The notes beneath the pieces were generated by a model. It was not told the origin of the DNA. It worked only from the letters and a program-made list of their open reading frames with translations, and ran no database searches. This document shows, in pieces, positions 8,265 to 16,007 of a DNA stretch of 56,411 nt (positions are counted from its first letter, which is position 1; every line of letters begins with the position of its first letter). Where the stretch lies: IMG/VR virus record IMGVR_UViG_3300032893_000056, positions 1 through 56,411 of that record, one strand, 5' to 3'. The DNA comes from a virus. Taxonomy: Duplodnaviria; Caudoviricetes. A program made the position numbers and the translations under genes.

Positions 8265-9397
8265 TCGTTATACCTCGAAATGAAAAGGTCGTTTGCTTCA
8301 CTATCTAGATTCTGGAGATTCGGGCCACTGGAACTGAGACGCCCGGTGGCTACGGTCACTTGATTAAATTGGCCGTGGAGATATCCCGGTTCCCAATTCT
8401 GTTCCGCTGCTTTCTTGACCAGTCCTTCATATGTCTTGGACAACAGAGTCTCCAGTCGTGTTTGCTTTTGGATAAGCTCGATAATCCTCCGAGTCTTTCG
8501 TGATGGTTTCAGCTTCAGTAGGGTATCAGCATTGGTAGCGAAGTACCCCTCCTTCTTAAGTGCTGACCCACGGAGAGGTTCAACCAGCCGAGGCAATTGG
8601 TGCTCTACTTTATTTACTTTGAAGCGAGGTTCACCAATTCGTTTGCCTGACTTGTAATAACCGATACACTCCCTTACTTCTTCAACAATCGTCCCACCGT
8701 AAAGAAAGGCAGACAGATGGTCCCCAGAAGAGAAGTTAATAGGCACATCAGGATAAACTCCGTGAAGTTCGTTGGTGATTTCTGATATCTCGTTTTTAAT
8801 CTCCTCAGCACGGCTCCTACAGAGTTCCTCATTATACCTGATGCCGTTCCACTCCATCTCCTCCAGTACCAACAGGTCCAAACACATCAGCCGCACTAGT
8901 CGCTTTGATGTTGGCGGCATATGTTCCATCTGGTTGTAGTACAAATTCAAGGTTTGTTGGGCATCCGTGGATGCATAGGATGAAAGTATCTCCCACGGAA
9001 TATCCTCCGTCTGAATTCCCTTCGCCCAATACTCCTTCGCCACTACGTCTTCCTTGTGTCCAAGCCCATATTTGACTAAAGACTCCTCCAGTGAGGGATA
9101 CTTCCATGTTTGATTGCTCCTTACAAATTCAGCTAGCTGGCAGTCCCAGACTCGTTTGTCCCCCCACTCGACTCCAAGTTTTCTAAGGACGTGTGCATCA
9201 TATTTGAAATTGAAACCAACGAGAAGGTCAGCTTGTCTAATTCGTTCTGCAAGTTCCGCAAGACTATCCGGGCTTGTCTTAACTGCTCCTGCACCACTTT
9301 GATCTGCCCAACTCCAGCATACATTTTTGAATCGTCGATCAAATGGGGCCCCAACATTATAGGTATTATTTTCCGTATCCAAAGCTAGAACTTTCAA
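8261..9397 (-). CDS. Family A DNA polymerase, N-terminal part (3'-5' exonuclease + thumb)
   Basis: ExoI LDTE, ExoII GFNFKYD, ExoIII YASTD, EMEWNG, ATGRLSSSGPNLQN; GGAGG then TTG overlapping the HNH stop. Confidence 0.9.
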   Translation of the reverse strand: MKVLALDTENNTYNVGAPFDRRFKNVCWSWADQSGAGAVKTSPDSLAELAERIRQADLLVGFNFKYDAHVLRKLGVEWGDKRVWDCQLAEFVRSNQTWKYPSLEESLVKYGLGHKEDVVAKEYWAKGIQTEDIPWEILSSYASTDAQQTLNLYYNQMEHMPPTSKRLVRLMCLDLLVLEEMEWNGIRYNEELCRSRAEEIKNEISEITNELHGVYPDVPINFSSGDHLSAFLYGGTIVEEVRECIGYYKSGKRIGEPRFKVNKVEHQLPRLVEPLRGSALKKEGYFATNADTLLKLKPSRKTRRIIELIQKQTRLETLLSKTYEGLVKKAAEQNWEPGYLHGQFNQVTVATGRLSSSGPNLQNLDSEANDLFISRYND

Positions 9398-9822
9398 ATA
9401 CGCCTCCAAGATTTTCGGAGTTTGATAGCACTAACATTGGCTTTGGTAATTCCATACTCTTTGGCAATCTCCAATTGTGGTCGAACATCCTCACGTATCC
9501 GCAGTACCTGTTCTGCCGTTAACTTTGGTGTTCCATTTCGAGCTGCCCTCCCTTTACGTACCATATCCTCCATATTGTCTTTGTGTGTTCCTATGAACAA
9601 ATGAGCAATCTCATAACACGCGGGATTATCACAATGATGGCAAATTTTCATGCCTGTTGGAATAGGTCCGTTATATTTCATCCACTCCAATCTATGAACT
9701 CCTTGTGGACGACCCTCATATTGTTTCATTCCATAGCCGTCTTTGTCCTTATATCCCGCCCATTCTTTACACGGAACTGTATTCCACGTGTTATTCTCGG
9801 TATCGATCGCTAATACGTTCAC
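9394..9822 (-). CDS. HNH homing endonuclease with C-terminal HTH
   Basis: C.EW.G..DKDGYG..VHRL..ICHHCDNPAC..HLFIGT..DN..D..KGR; KLT..V..IR..LEIAKEYGI. Confidence 0.88.
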   Translation of the reverse strand: MNVLAIDTENNTWNTVPCKEWAGYKDKDGYGMKQYEGRPQGVHRLEWMKYNGPIPTGMKICHHCDNPACYEIAHLFIGTHKDNMEDMVRKGRAARNGTPKLTAEQVLRIREDVRPQLEIAKEYGITKANVSAIKLRKSWRRI

Positions 9823-10031
9823 TTATTCTGTTGTTCAAAAAGAGCAGTTGCCATCAACTCAAACGTATATTCCTTGATCTCCCTATCTTCAAATTCCTGA
9901 TTGTATGCACTCACTGTTTCATCAGCTTCATCAGCATCCGCTGCATGGAACACTGCACAGGGAATACTGGAGTTATCAACAAGGTTACGACGCATCACGA
10001 TGTATACAATTTGATACTTACGATCTGACAT
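9819..10031 (-). CDS. Hypothetical protein
   Basis: GGAG RBS, operon packing. Confidence 0.6.
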   Translation of the reverse strand: MSDRKYQIVYIVMRRNLVDNSSIPCAVFHAADADEADETVSAYNQEFEDREIKEYTFELMATALFEQQNK

Positions 10032-10043
10032 TTATTCTCCCAA

Positions 10044-11282
10044 TCACAGGTCCACATACCTACCACGTTCAGGATCTAGAAGTGCCTCCCAGCGTGCATG
10101 TCTCATATTGGAATCAGAATCTTCATCACCAATGAGTTTATTCTTACTCAAATGGAGATATCGTAGATTCTCATAACCAATGTCATTCACCTTCCCTATC
10201 CCGAGTATCCAGTCTGCTTCGGCCTGTTTACTCGTCTTGGCATTGGCTACATTTGCCATAGTAAGCCATCTCTGACCCTCACCTGAGCCATCAGCTTGAC
10301 ATACACCAATGATGGGGCAGTACTTCTTAGCTAACTCACGAGCCCAGATGTAGATAGAGCCAAGTCGGAGATCTTCCCGATCATTATCAAATCCCTTCAC
10401 CTTATCTATCTGATCAAATACAATCAATGAAGGTTTATGTTTATCAATCAAGCGTTCAATCTGAACTTTTGAAGCAGATACGATATCGACAATCTTGAGT
10501 CGTCCTTTGATGATCTCTTGGAATCGTTCTCCATTACCTTTTACATCTCTCATCAATTCTGTAAGAGTCAGATTCAGAACTGACTGGTAGCACCGAAGCA
10601 TCACCTTATTAGATTGCTCTTCATTGTTTAGCCAGAGGATGGGTCCTTCGGCGTGCTGAGCCATATATGTAACTTCACTAGCCAAGAACGTAGTTTTACC
10701 AGTCTCCGGTCTCGCAAAGATAAAGCCGAAGTCTCCTTTACGAAGTGATCCAAGAGCTTTATTAAGAGAGTTAAGACGAAATCTAAGGCCCGCCACAGTA
10801 TGACTTGAAGCAATAAGCTCCCCAAGGTCATCAGATGTGAAAGTAATTTCACCGGAATCTTCATCGTTAGCATCCTCGCTATTTGTTGATAGTCCCTCCA
10901 TTAGCTTGAGCACATCAGAGACGCCCTTCCTGCCGTCCGCAGCATCGTAGGCTAGTACGGATAGCTCCCGAAGCTTGTGGGCCGTCTGGAGGCCTTCTAT
11001 GAGCTTCAGAGTGCTATCGACACTGGAGTCGTTCTCCTTCAGAGCTTGGAACACCTCGGTGTAGTACTCACCCTTCTGTCTCGGTGTGGCGAAGAACAGG
11101 TTACTGAGATCATCAACGGATAGATCCACCGGATCATCTGTAGATTTAAAATATCCATCGAGAGTTGTGATTACTGGATATAGTTCCTTGGTAAGATACT
11201 CCAGTTTTATGTTATCTCGGTAAGCCTCGTAAAACTCTTTGGAGCACAGGTGTTTAATAATCGATAGATTCATATCTCCCAT
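10044..11282 (-). CDS. DnaB-like (SF4) replicative helicase
   Basis: Walker A ARPETGKT, NNEE, Walker B IVFDQ, VCQAD, SKNK. Confidence 0.9.
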   Translation of the reverse strand: MGDMNLSIIKHLCSKEFYEAYRDNIKLEYLTKELYPVITTLDGYFKSTDDPVDLSVDDLSNLFFATPRQKGEYYTEVFQALKENDSSVDSTLKLIEGLQTAHKLRELSVLAYDAADGRKGVSDVLKLMEGLSTNSEDANDEDSGEITFTSDDLGELIASSHTVAGLRFRLNSLNKALGSLRKGDFGFIFARPETGKTTFLASEVTYMAQHAEGPILWLNNEEQSNKVMLRCYQSVLNLTLTELMRDVKGNGERFQEIIKGRLKIVDIVSASKVQIERLIDKHKPSLIVFDQIDKVKGFDNDREDLRLGSIYIWARELAKKYCPIIGVCQADGSGEGQRWLTMANVANAKTSKQAEADWILGIGKVNDIGYENLRYLHLSKNKLIGDEDSDSNMRHARWEALLDPERGRYVDL

Positions 11283-11712
11283 TCACAAGAGTTTTATTTT
11301 TAAGATACTCTTCAACTGCTGCACGAACTTGTCGAGGGGTAAAAGAGGCACGCCTAACGGGTGCTGTTTGCGTAGGCTTCTGATCGAGGATATCACCTAC
11401 TTGTTTGAAGTGCTCCACCCGATCTTCGGTAGCCATAGCTTTGAGGTTGGACCAAGCGAGATTACGTGGGTTACCATCCTTGTATCCAATCAGGTGATCT
11501 GGCCATTCACCTGTAGCCATGAACCAAGCCAGCTTGGGTCCGTGAAACTTCTCACCGTTGAAGGTGATACAGAGATACCCATTAATGGAAAAGGAACCCG
11601 CAGTTTCACTGCGACCTTTTCGATGGTTTACCCAATAAAAATTACCAGTATCTTCTTCATATTTTATTTCTTTAAGAAGATTATATAGATTACTATTATA
11701 TGTTTTAATAAT
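11254..11712 (-). CDS. Degenerate HNH-endonuclease-derived protein, apparent ATT start
   Basis: Frame is open upstream of the track ORF: YEEDTGNFYW..AGS..GY..I..GPKLAWFMATGEWP..IGYKDGNPRNLAWSNL; AAGGA 8 nt before ATT. Confidence 0.6.
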   Translation of the reverse strand: MIKTYNSNLYNLLKEIKYEEDTGNFYWVNHRKGRSETAGSFSINGYLCITFNGEKFHGPKLAWFMATGEWPDHLIGYKDGNPRNLAWSNLKAMATEDRVEHFKQVGDILDQKPTQTAPVRRASFTPRQVRAAVEEYLKNKTLVNGRYESIDY

Positions 11713-11744
11713 CTTTTTATTCCTTTATATAAACTACCTGAACC

Positions 11745-11797
11745 GAAGAAAGAAAAACAGAAGAAGTTAAATTTTTTCTTCTGTAAAAAGAAAGAAG
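11745..11797 (-). other. Mirror-repeat-flanked hairpin element, copy 1
   Basis: gaagaaagaaaaa (11745-57) / aaaaagaaagaag (11785-97) exact mirror around the cagaagaa..ttcttctg stem. Confidence 0.8.
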
Positions 11798-11804
11798 ACT
11801 ATTG

Positions 11805-11833
11805 ATGGTATATATTCTTGATCACTTTGTCAA
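11805..11833 (-). promoter_or_regulatory. sigma70 promoter P1
   Basis: TTGACA-aagtgatcaagaatata(17)-TACCAT. Confidence 0.8.
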
Positions 11834-11894
11834 GCATACTAGGGTATCTACCTACTCGACACCCTAGCTGCTCTACCATCAGACGTACATTATC

Positions 11895-12242
11895 TCACAT
11901 CTCTACAGGTTTGTCAATCCCCTCCTTGCGCTCGATCTCGGCTTTGCGGGCGGCGTCTATCGCGGCATCCCACTGGCCCCACGGCGTCGAGAGCATGATC
12001 CTTTGCTGGTCTGGAATGCTCGAACGCATCTTTAGCCACCTATACCGCTCCGCGTCCTCCGCGTCGCTCAGCGCTGCTTGCGATGCTGCCGCGCGGGCTT
12101 GCCATGCCTTCCATGATGCTCGTGCAGCCGGGTACGCATATTCATCGCTGTTGTGAGCGCTACGCACGATGCTAATGGCTTCGTTGAGCGCCCATGCCTC
12201 AAACGCCGCCCGCTTGCCGTCCTTCATCGTTTCATTGGTCAT
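11895..12242 (-). CDS. Hypothetical protein, GC-rich, resembling temperate-phage accessory proteins
   Basis: RAAFEAWA..WKAWQARAA..DAERYRWLK..DAAIDAAR; visibly higher GC than the flanks. Confidence 0.7.
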   Translation of the reverse strand: MTNETMKDGKRAAFEAWALNEAISIVRSAHNSDEYAYPAARASWKAWQARAAASQAALSDAEDAERYRWLKMRSSIPDQQRIMLSTPWGQWDAAIDAARKAEIERKEGIDKPVEM

Positions 12243-12388
12243 TGGTTGTCCTCCTGCCAGTCCATCTCTCCATCCACGTATCCCTCGATCCACTCCCAGA
12301 AGCGATCGTCGTCAGCCTCGTAAGGATTAGATTCTTCGGACTCACCATGATACCCAGCATAGTGCCCTTCATTGTATACGCGTGTCAT
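12239..12388 (-). CDS. Rmf/CrpP-fold small protein
   Basis: YNEGHYAGYHG....NPY......WEWIEGY matches the Rmf pattern GY.AG..G.....CPY......W..GW. Confidence 0.6.
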   Translation of the reverse strand: MTRVYNEGHYAGYHGESEESNPYEADDDRFWEWIEGYVDGEMDWQEDNQ

Positions 12389-12395
12389 ATAGATC

Positions 12396-12734
12396 TTACT
12401 CATCCGGTATAACTGCACGGTGTCCAACATTCCTCTCAAGAGCCTTAGCACAATGATCCTTTTGGAAGATGGCTAGGAAAGAACACATCCGGCATCCCCA
12501 CCCCCATCGAGGATACAGTAGACTCTGTTCATATGCCTGAGCCTTCGCAGAACGGCTTGAGATCGTCTCGTCGGGGTCACCCCCTAGGATGGTATTACCC
12601 AAGCAGTCCAACGTCACCAAGACGTTTTTAACGTACCCGTCGTCTTTGCTGTACTGATAGAGTCCGAAGGGAGACTTCACCAGTCGGGCTGCTGCGATGG
12701 TACAGTTTTTGATATAGAGTACCACTTTGTTCAT
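12396..12734 (-). CDS. Conserved phage hypothetical protein
   Basis: LD.LGNT.LGGDPDETISSR..W..C.FL..F.KDHC. Confidence 0.65.
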   Translation of the reverse strand: MNKVVLYIKNCTIAAARLVKSPFGLYQYSKDDGYVKNVLVTLDCLGNTILGGDPDETISSRSAKAQAYEQSLLYPRWGWGCRMCSFLAIFQKDHCAKALERNVGHRAVIPDE

Positions 12735-12874
12735 CGCTTTGTTTGCCTCTCCAGATAAGCTTTAAAATCCTTTTCATCGGTATCTTCAATAATCTCTTCT
12801 TCCTTTTTATCCGGAAGGGGATGGCCCAATACTACAGGAGAATCATTACTGTTGTCTTGGTTTGAATGCGTCAT
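12731..12874 (-). CDS. Small acidic hypothetical protein (47 aa)
   Basis: Read manually; ATGA overlap with the next gene. Confidence 0.5.
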   Translation of the reverse strand: MTHSNQDNSNDSPVVLGHPLPDKKEEEIIEDTDEKDFKAYLERQTKR

Positions 12875-12933
12875 ATAATACCTTTAAAATAAGAATGGTT
12901 AATACAAACTTACCAAGATAATCCCAGAATAAA

Positions 12934-13593
12934 TCACTTGACAGGAGTTGCAATATTGATGCCATAAGGAGTTTCACCAAAACCTTGAGGGTTAAAAATG
13001 GCTTCTGCTTGTCCCAAAACACAACCTTCTTCAGTATCGATTACTGCTCCACCACTATTTCCCGGAAGAATCTTGGCATCCAGAATAATCACACCGTCAT
13101 TATCGGGCTTCTGAATATATCCAAAGGACATACTATCCATAACCCCATATGGTGCTCCCATAATGGCGATAAACTCTCCGTAATAAGGTTTGAATGTACA
13201 AACTTTGAGGCCCGAGACCACGTGACTTGTGTCCGTTTTCGGAATGAGTGTGGCAAAATCCTCCTTATCAGCATCAACGGTACTTACCCAATCAGTTTTC
13301 CAAAGCTCTATTGTCTTATCCGAGAAATACACAACCACTTCGTGTTCTCCCGGATGGAAGTCAAAACAGTGTGCAGCCGTGTGAATCTTTCCATCTTTTG
13401 CACTGATCCAACCAGAACATACGGCTCCGCCATCCGTCTCAAACTGCACCACATTCTCTTGTAACTGCGTCAATGTGGGAGGTTGATGACTGTTGATATA
13501 GTTAACTTCCACCTTCTGATGAATACCAATAGCTACTAATACTGCGAATGAAAGTGCTCCAAGAAAGGAACCGAATTTGATAAGAGTGTTCAT
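12934..13593 (-). CDS. Trypsin-like serine protease with N-terminal membrane anchor
   Basis: Hydrophobic N-terminal helix; TAAHC, EDFA, PGNSGG catalytic triad motifs. Confidence 0.85.
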   Translation of the reverse strand: MNTLIKFGSFLGALSFAVLVAIGIHQKVEVNYINSHQPPTLTQLQENVVQFETDGGAVCSGWISAKDGKIHTAAHCFDFHPGEHEVVVYFSDKTIELWKTDWVSTVDADKEDFATLIPKTDTSHVVSGLKVCTFKPYYGEFIAIMGAPYGVMDSMSFGYIQKPDNDGVIILDAKILPGNSGGAVIDTEEGCVLGQAEAIFNPQGFGETPYGINIATPVK

Positions 13594-13778
13594 TTGAGGA
13601 TCTCAGCAAGTTTTTCATCATCATAAATTGCGTGAATCATCTCATTAGCCAAGCGAATACTCTGACGCATAAGACCATCAGTGGTCTGAAATTGCGTAGT
13701 TACACTATTGCTTAGCATTGCATCAAAGATACCAGCAGAATAACAAAGCAGCCTTTCTTTTTCAGAATTAACTTTCAT
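13590..13778 (-). CDS. Hypothetical protein
   Basis: Operon packing. Confidence 0.55.
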   Translation of the reverse strand: MKVNSEKERLLCYSAGIFDAMLSNSVTTQFQTTDGLMRQSIRLANEMIHAIYDDEKLAEILK

Positions 13779-13780
13779 GC

Positions 13781-14092
13781 TTAAGCCACCAGTGAATCGT
13801 CAGGATAAAACCAGTGAAAACTCTCCGATCCATCATATTCATGAATCTCGAAACGATTACCTTTTGGCACCCATTCAATTCGAAGGTCTGGAGCCCCTCC
13901 CGTATAAAGATATTCACCGGGATATTTATTTTTAACATACTCCGGAATATCTTCACGCCTATTCTCTTCTACCATTTGCACCACAACCGGATCAAATATG
14001 AGTTCTTCTTTGTTATGCCAGCTATACCAACCAGCACCATAGCCGGGAGAATAAAGCACGGCAATCTTTCCATCACGTTCAACTTTGTCCAT
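13781..14092 (-). CDS. Conserved phage hypothetical protein
   Basis: DGKIAVLYSPGYGAGWYSW..FDP..GG..DL.IEW..F.I.EYDGSE. Confidence 0.7.
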   Translation of the reverse strand: MDKVERDGKIAVLYSPGYGAGWYSWHNKEELIFDPVVVQMVEENRREDIPEYVKNKYPGEYLYTGGAPDLRIEWVPKGNRFEIHEYDGSESFHWFYPDDSLVA

Positions 14093-14855
14093 AAACTTTT
14101 TCCTTAATATAGCGTTGAATGGCAACCTCGCTATAATCTTTTGGATCTAGCTCCGTATAGATCACATAGGATTTACAGCCTAATAGGTCAGTTCGTTCCT
14201 TCTGCTTCTGTGCATCTTTATACTTATCAGCATCCAACCACCACACTAGGTGGTCAAATCGCTTGCTGATCCGGGCAAGTTTCCGAGGCGAAACTGTTGA
14301 AGAAAAGCACGGGATTCCGACAAAGCCGGACTTTCCCACTTTGAGTGCGCTGATGCAATCTTCGACAAATACTCCAACCGGACCGTCCGTTTGTTTTGGA
14401 GGATAAGTTGCAATAACTTCTTCTGGTGTTCCTCCAGTAAAGAAGCGTGATTTGTGGTCGGTGCCGCTTCTGAAGTTTCGGGCTTGCCAGAGGACAACAT
14501 CCTCATCTTGTCCATAAAAGAGGTATACGAGTTGTTCACGACGTTGACTCCATTTGATGTTGTTACGAATAAGATCTTCTACATGTAGATCATACTTCCT
14601 TATCCAATGAATGGCAGCCTCTCCGTACTCAAAGTTAAGGTCTTCAGGAGGGGGTCGTAGTCCTTGATCTGATAATGATGGTGCCGAATTACCCCTTTCA
14701 GCCCCTCTAATTGCCGTTTCCACTTCTCCTCGGTAGAATTTTCCGCATCCAAAACAAAAACCCGTCCCGTTAGAATACCATCCAACGTTGTCTCGACTAC
14801 CACACGTCTCACAAGGGCCGTGTCGAACAAATCTAGTTCGGTCTCGTTCATACAT
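14079..14855 (-). CDS. DNA primase (Zn-binding + TOPRIM)
   Basis: H.PCETCGS.D..CFGC; VEDCISALK; WLDAD; DPK. Confidence 0.88.
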   Translation of the reverse strand: MYERDRTRFVRHGPCETCGSRDNVGWYSNGTGFCFGCGKFYRGEVETAIRGAERGNSAPSLSDQGLRPPPEDLNFEYGEAAIHWIRKYDLHVEDLIRNNIKWSQRREQLVYLFYGQDEDVVLWQARNFRSGTDHKSRFFTGGTPEEVIATYPPKQTDGPVGVFVEDCISALKVGKSGFVGIPCFSSTVSPRKLARISKRFDHLVWWLDADKYKDAQKQKERTDLLGCKSYVIYTELDPKDYSEVAIQRYIKEKVYGQS

Positions 14856-15162
14856 GTTTACCTCTATTGACTTTCTTGGGTTTGATGATCTCCATCGTCA
14901 ACAACGGAGCCACAGTTACCCACAACTGGTAGTGTTCATCTTCGGCTCGATTGGTGGAGATGCATTCTTCCTTCTTACGTACGATATAACCAGCCGAACC
15001 CTTTGCCTTGTCGATTGCTTGCGCTGCTCGTCGCATTGATAATTGTACCTCCGGACACATACAGCTACTTGGTTGGTCACACGTAGTGTTCTTTTTCCAC
15101 GCGTCACCACTTTCAAACACCCTTCCACAAGCCTTACAGGTAACCTTACCGACTGTCTTCAT
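14848..15162 (-). CDS. Cys-rich hypothetical protein
   Basis: CKACG..TCDQPSSCMC. Confidence 0.55.
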   Translation of the reverse strand: MKTVGKVTCKACGRVFESGDAWKKNTTCDQPSSCMCPEVQLSMRRAAQAIDKAKGSAGYIVRKKEECISTNRAEDEHYQLWVTVAPLLTMEIIKPKKVNRGKHV

Positions 15163-15394
15163 CGTACCCTTCTTCGAGTCCAGTGATCCCAAACCCACTT
15201 GTTTCGAAGCTTTCATCGGTTGCATCATCTCCCATATCAATGTTTTCGACGTAACCTTCTCCGTCGACGGCAGCAATATCATCAGCAACATAAGAATAAC
15301 AACGATCACATAGATCCACGAAGCTTCCATTGGATGAATATTTCCTTGTTGATTCTCGATTGTTTAGTCGTTTATCGCAGGAAAGGCATCTCAT
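15146..15394 (-). CDS. Zn-finger protein with acidic tail
   Basis: MRCLSCD..L...E.TRK..DLCDRC, D/E-rich C-terminus. Confidence 0.7.
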   Translation of the reverse strand: MRCLSCDKRLNNRESTRKYSSNGSFVDLCDRCYSYVADDIAAVDGEGYVENIDMGDDATDESFETSGFGITGLEEGYDEDSR

Positions 15395-15837
15395 TATCGA
15401 CGACCTCGAAGAATTTGTTGGTTTGCTAGGCGGATCAGTGCTTCTTGACGGAGCCGTTGTTGGTTCTCATTCAGATCGTTCCAACCAATAGCGAATTCTT
15501 CCTGTACCGCATATACGGGTTCTGGTTCCTGTTTCTTTTTCACATTCGGTGGTACCAGAGTAAGGATAATATCTTCCTGCGTGAGCCGATCCGGGAAGTT
15601 GCGGGCCTTACTGTTGAAGTAAGACACCTGGCCCGTGATCGGAGCCTTAATGGACTCCAGCGCATCATTGGTTTCAATCACCAACATGGCCCCTTCCTGC
15701 TCCACACGACGCGTATCGGCTTGCAGCACATGGAAACATTCATTCATCTTGCGGTTGATGAACGCTTGCACGAATCCGATGTTGATAGTCCCATCTTCTT
15801 GCTCATCAATCCAGATATCACCTTGAACTTGTTTCAT
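15394..15837 (-). CDS. Glycine-cleavage H-protein (GcvH)-fold protein lacking the lipoyl-lysine
   Basis: IWIDEQEDGTINIG / VIETNDALESIKAPITGQV..N..P aligns by eye to GcvH EWLRKEADGTYTVG / VAESVKAASDIYAPVSGEI..N..P. Confidence 0.72.
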   Translation of the reverse strand: MKQVQGDIWIDEQEDGTINIGFVQAFINRKMNECFHVLQADTRRVEQEGAMLVIETNDALESIKAPITGQVSYFNSKARNFPDRLTQEDIILTLVPPNVKKKQEPEPVYAVQEEFAIGWNDLNENQQRLRQEALIRLANQQILRGRR

Positions 15838-16007
15838 TTCCGAATCTCCTCAACGGATACAGCGGTTACCAGATATCGCTTGCCATAGAATTTCTGGCGA
15901 CGATCTACGATCTTAACAGGAAAGTTATCGGTGCGAACGTACCCATCGAGTTCCCATTCCCCGTCTTCAATTCGGGTCACGGTTATAACATAGAGTTCCA
16001 ATTTCAT
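15834..16007 (-). CDS. Small hypothetical protein (57 aa)
   Basis: Read manually: MKLELYVITVTRIEDGEWELDG...; TGATG and ATGA couplings to neighbours. Confidence 0.65.
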   Translation of the reverse strand: MKLELYVITVTRIEDGEWELDGYVRTDNFPVKIVDRRQKFYGKRYLVTAVSVEEIRK

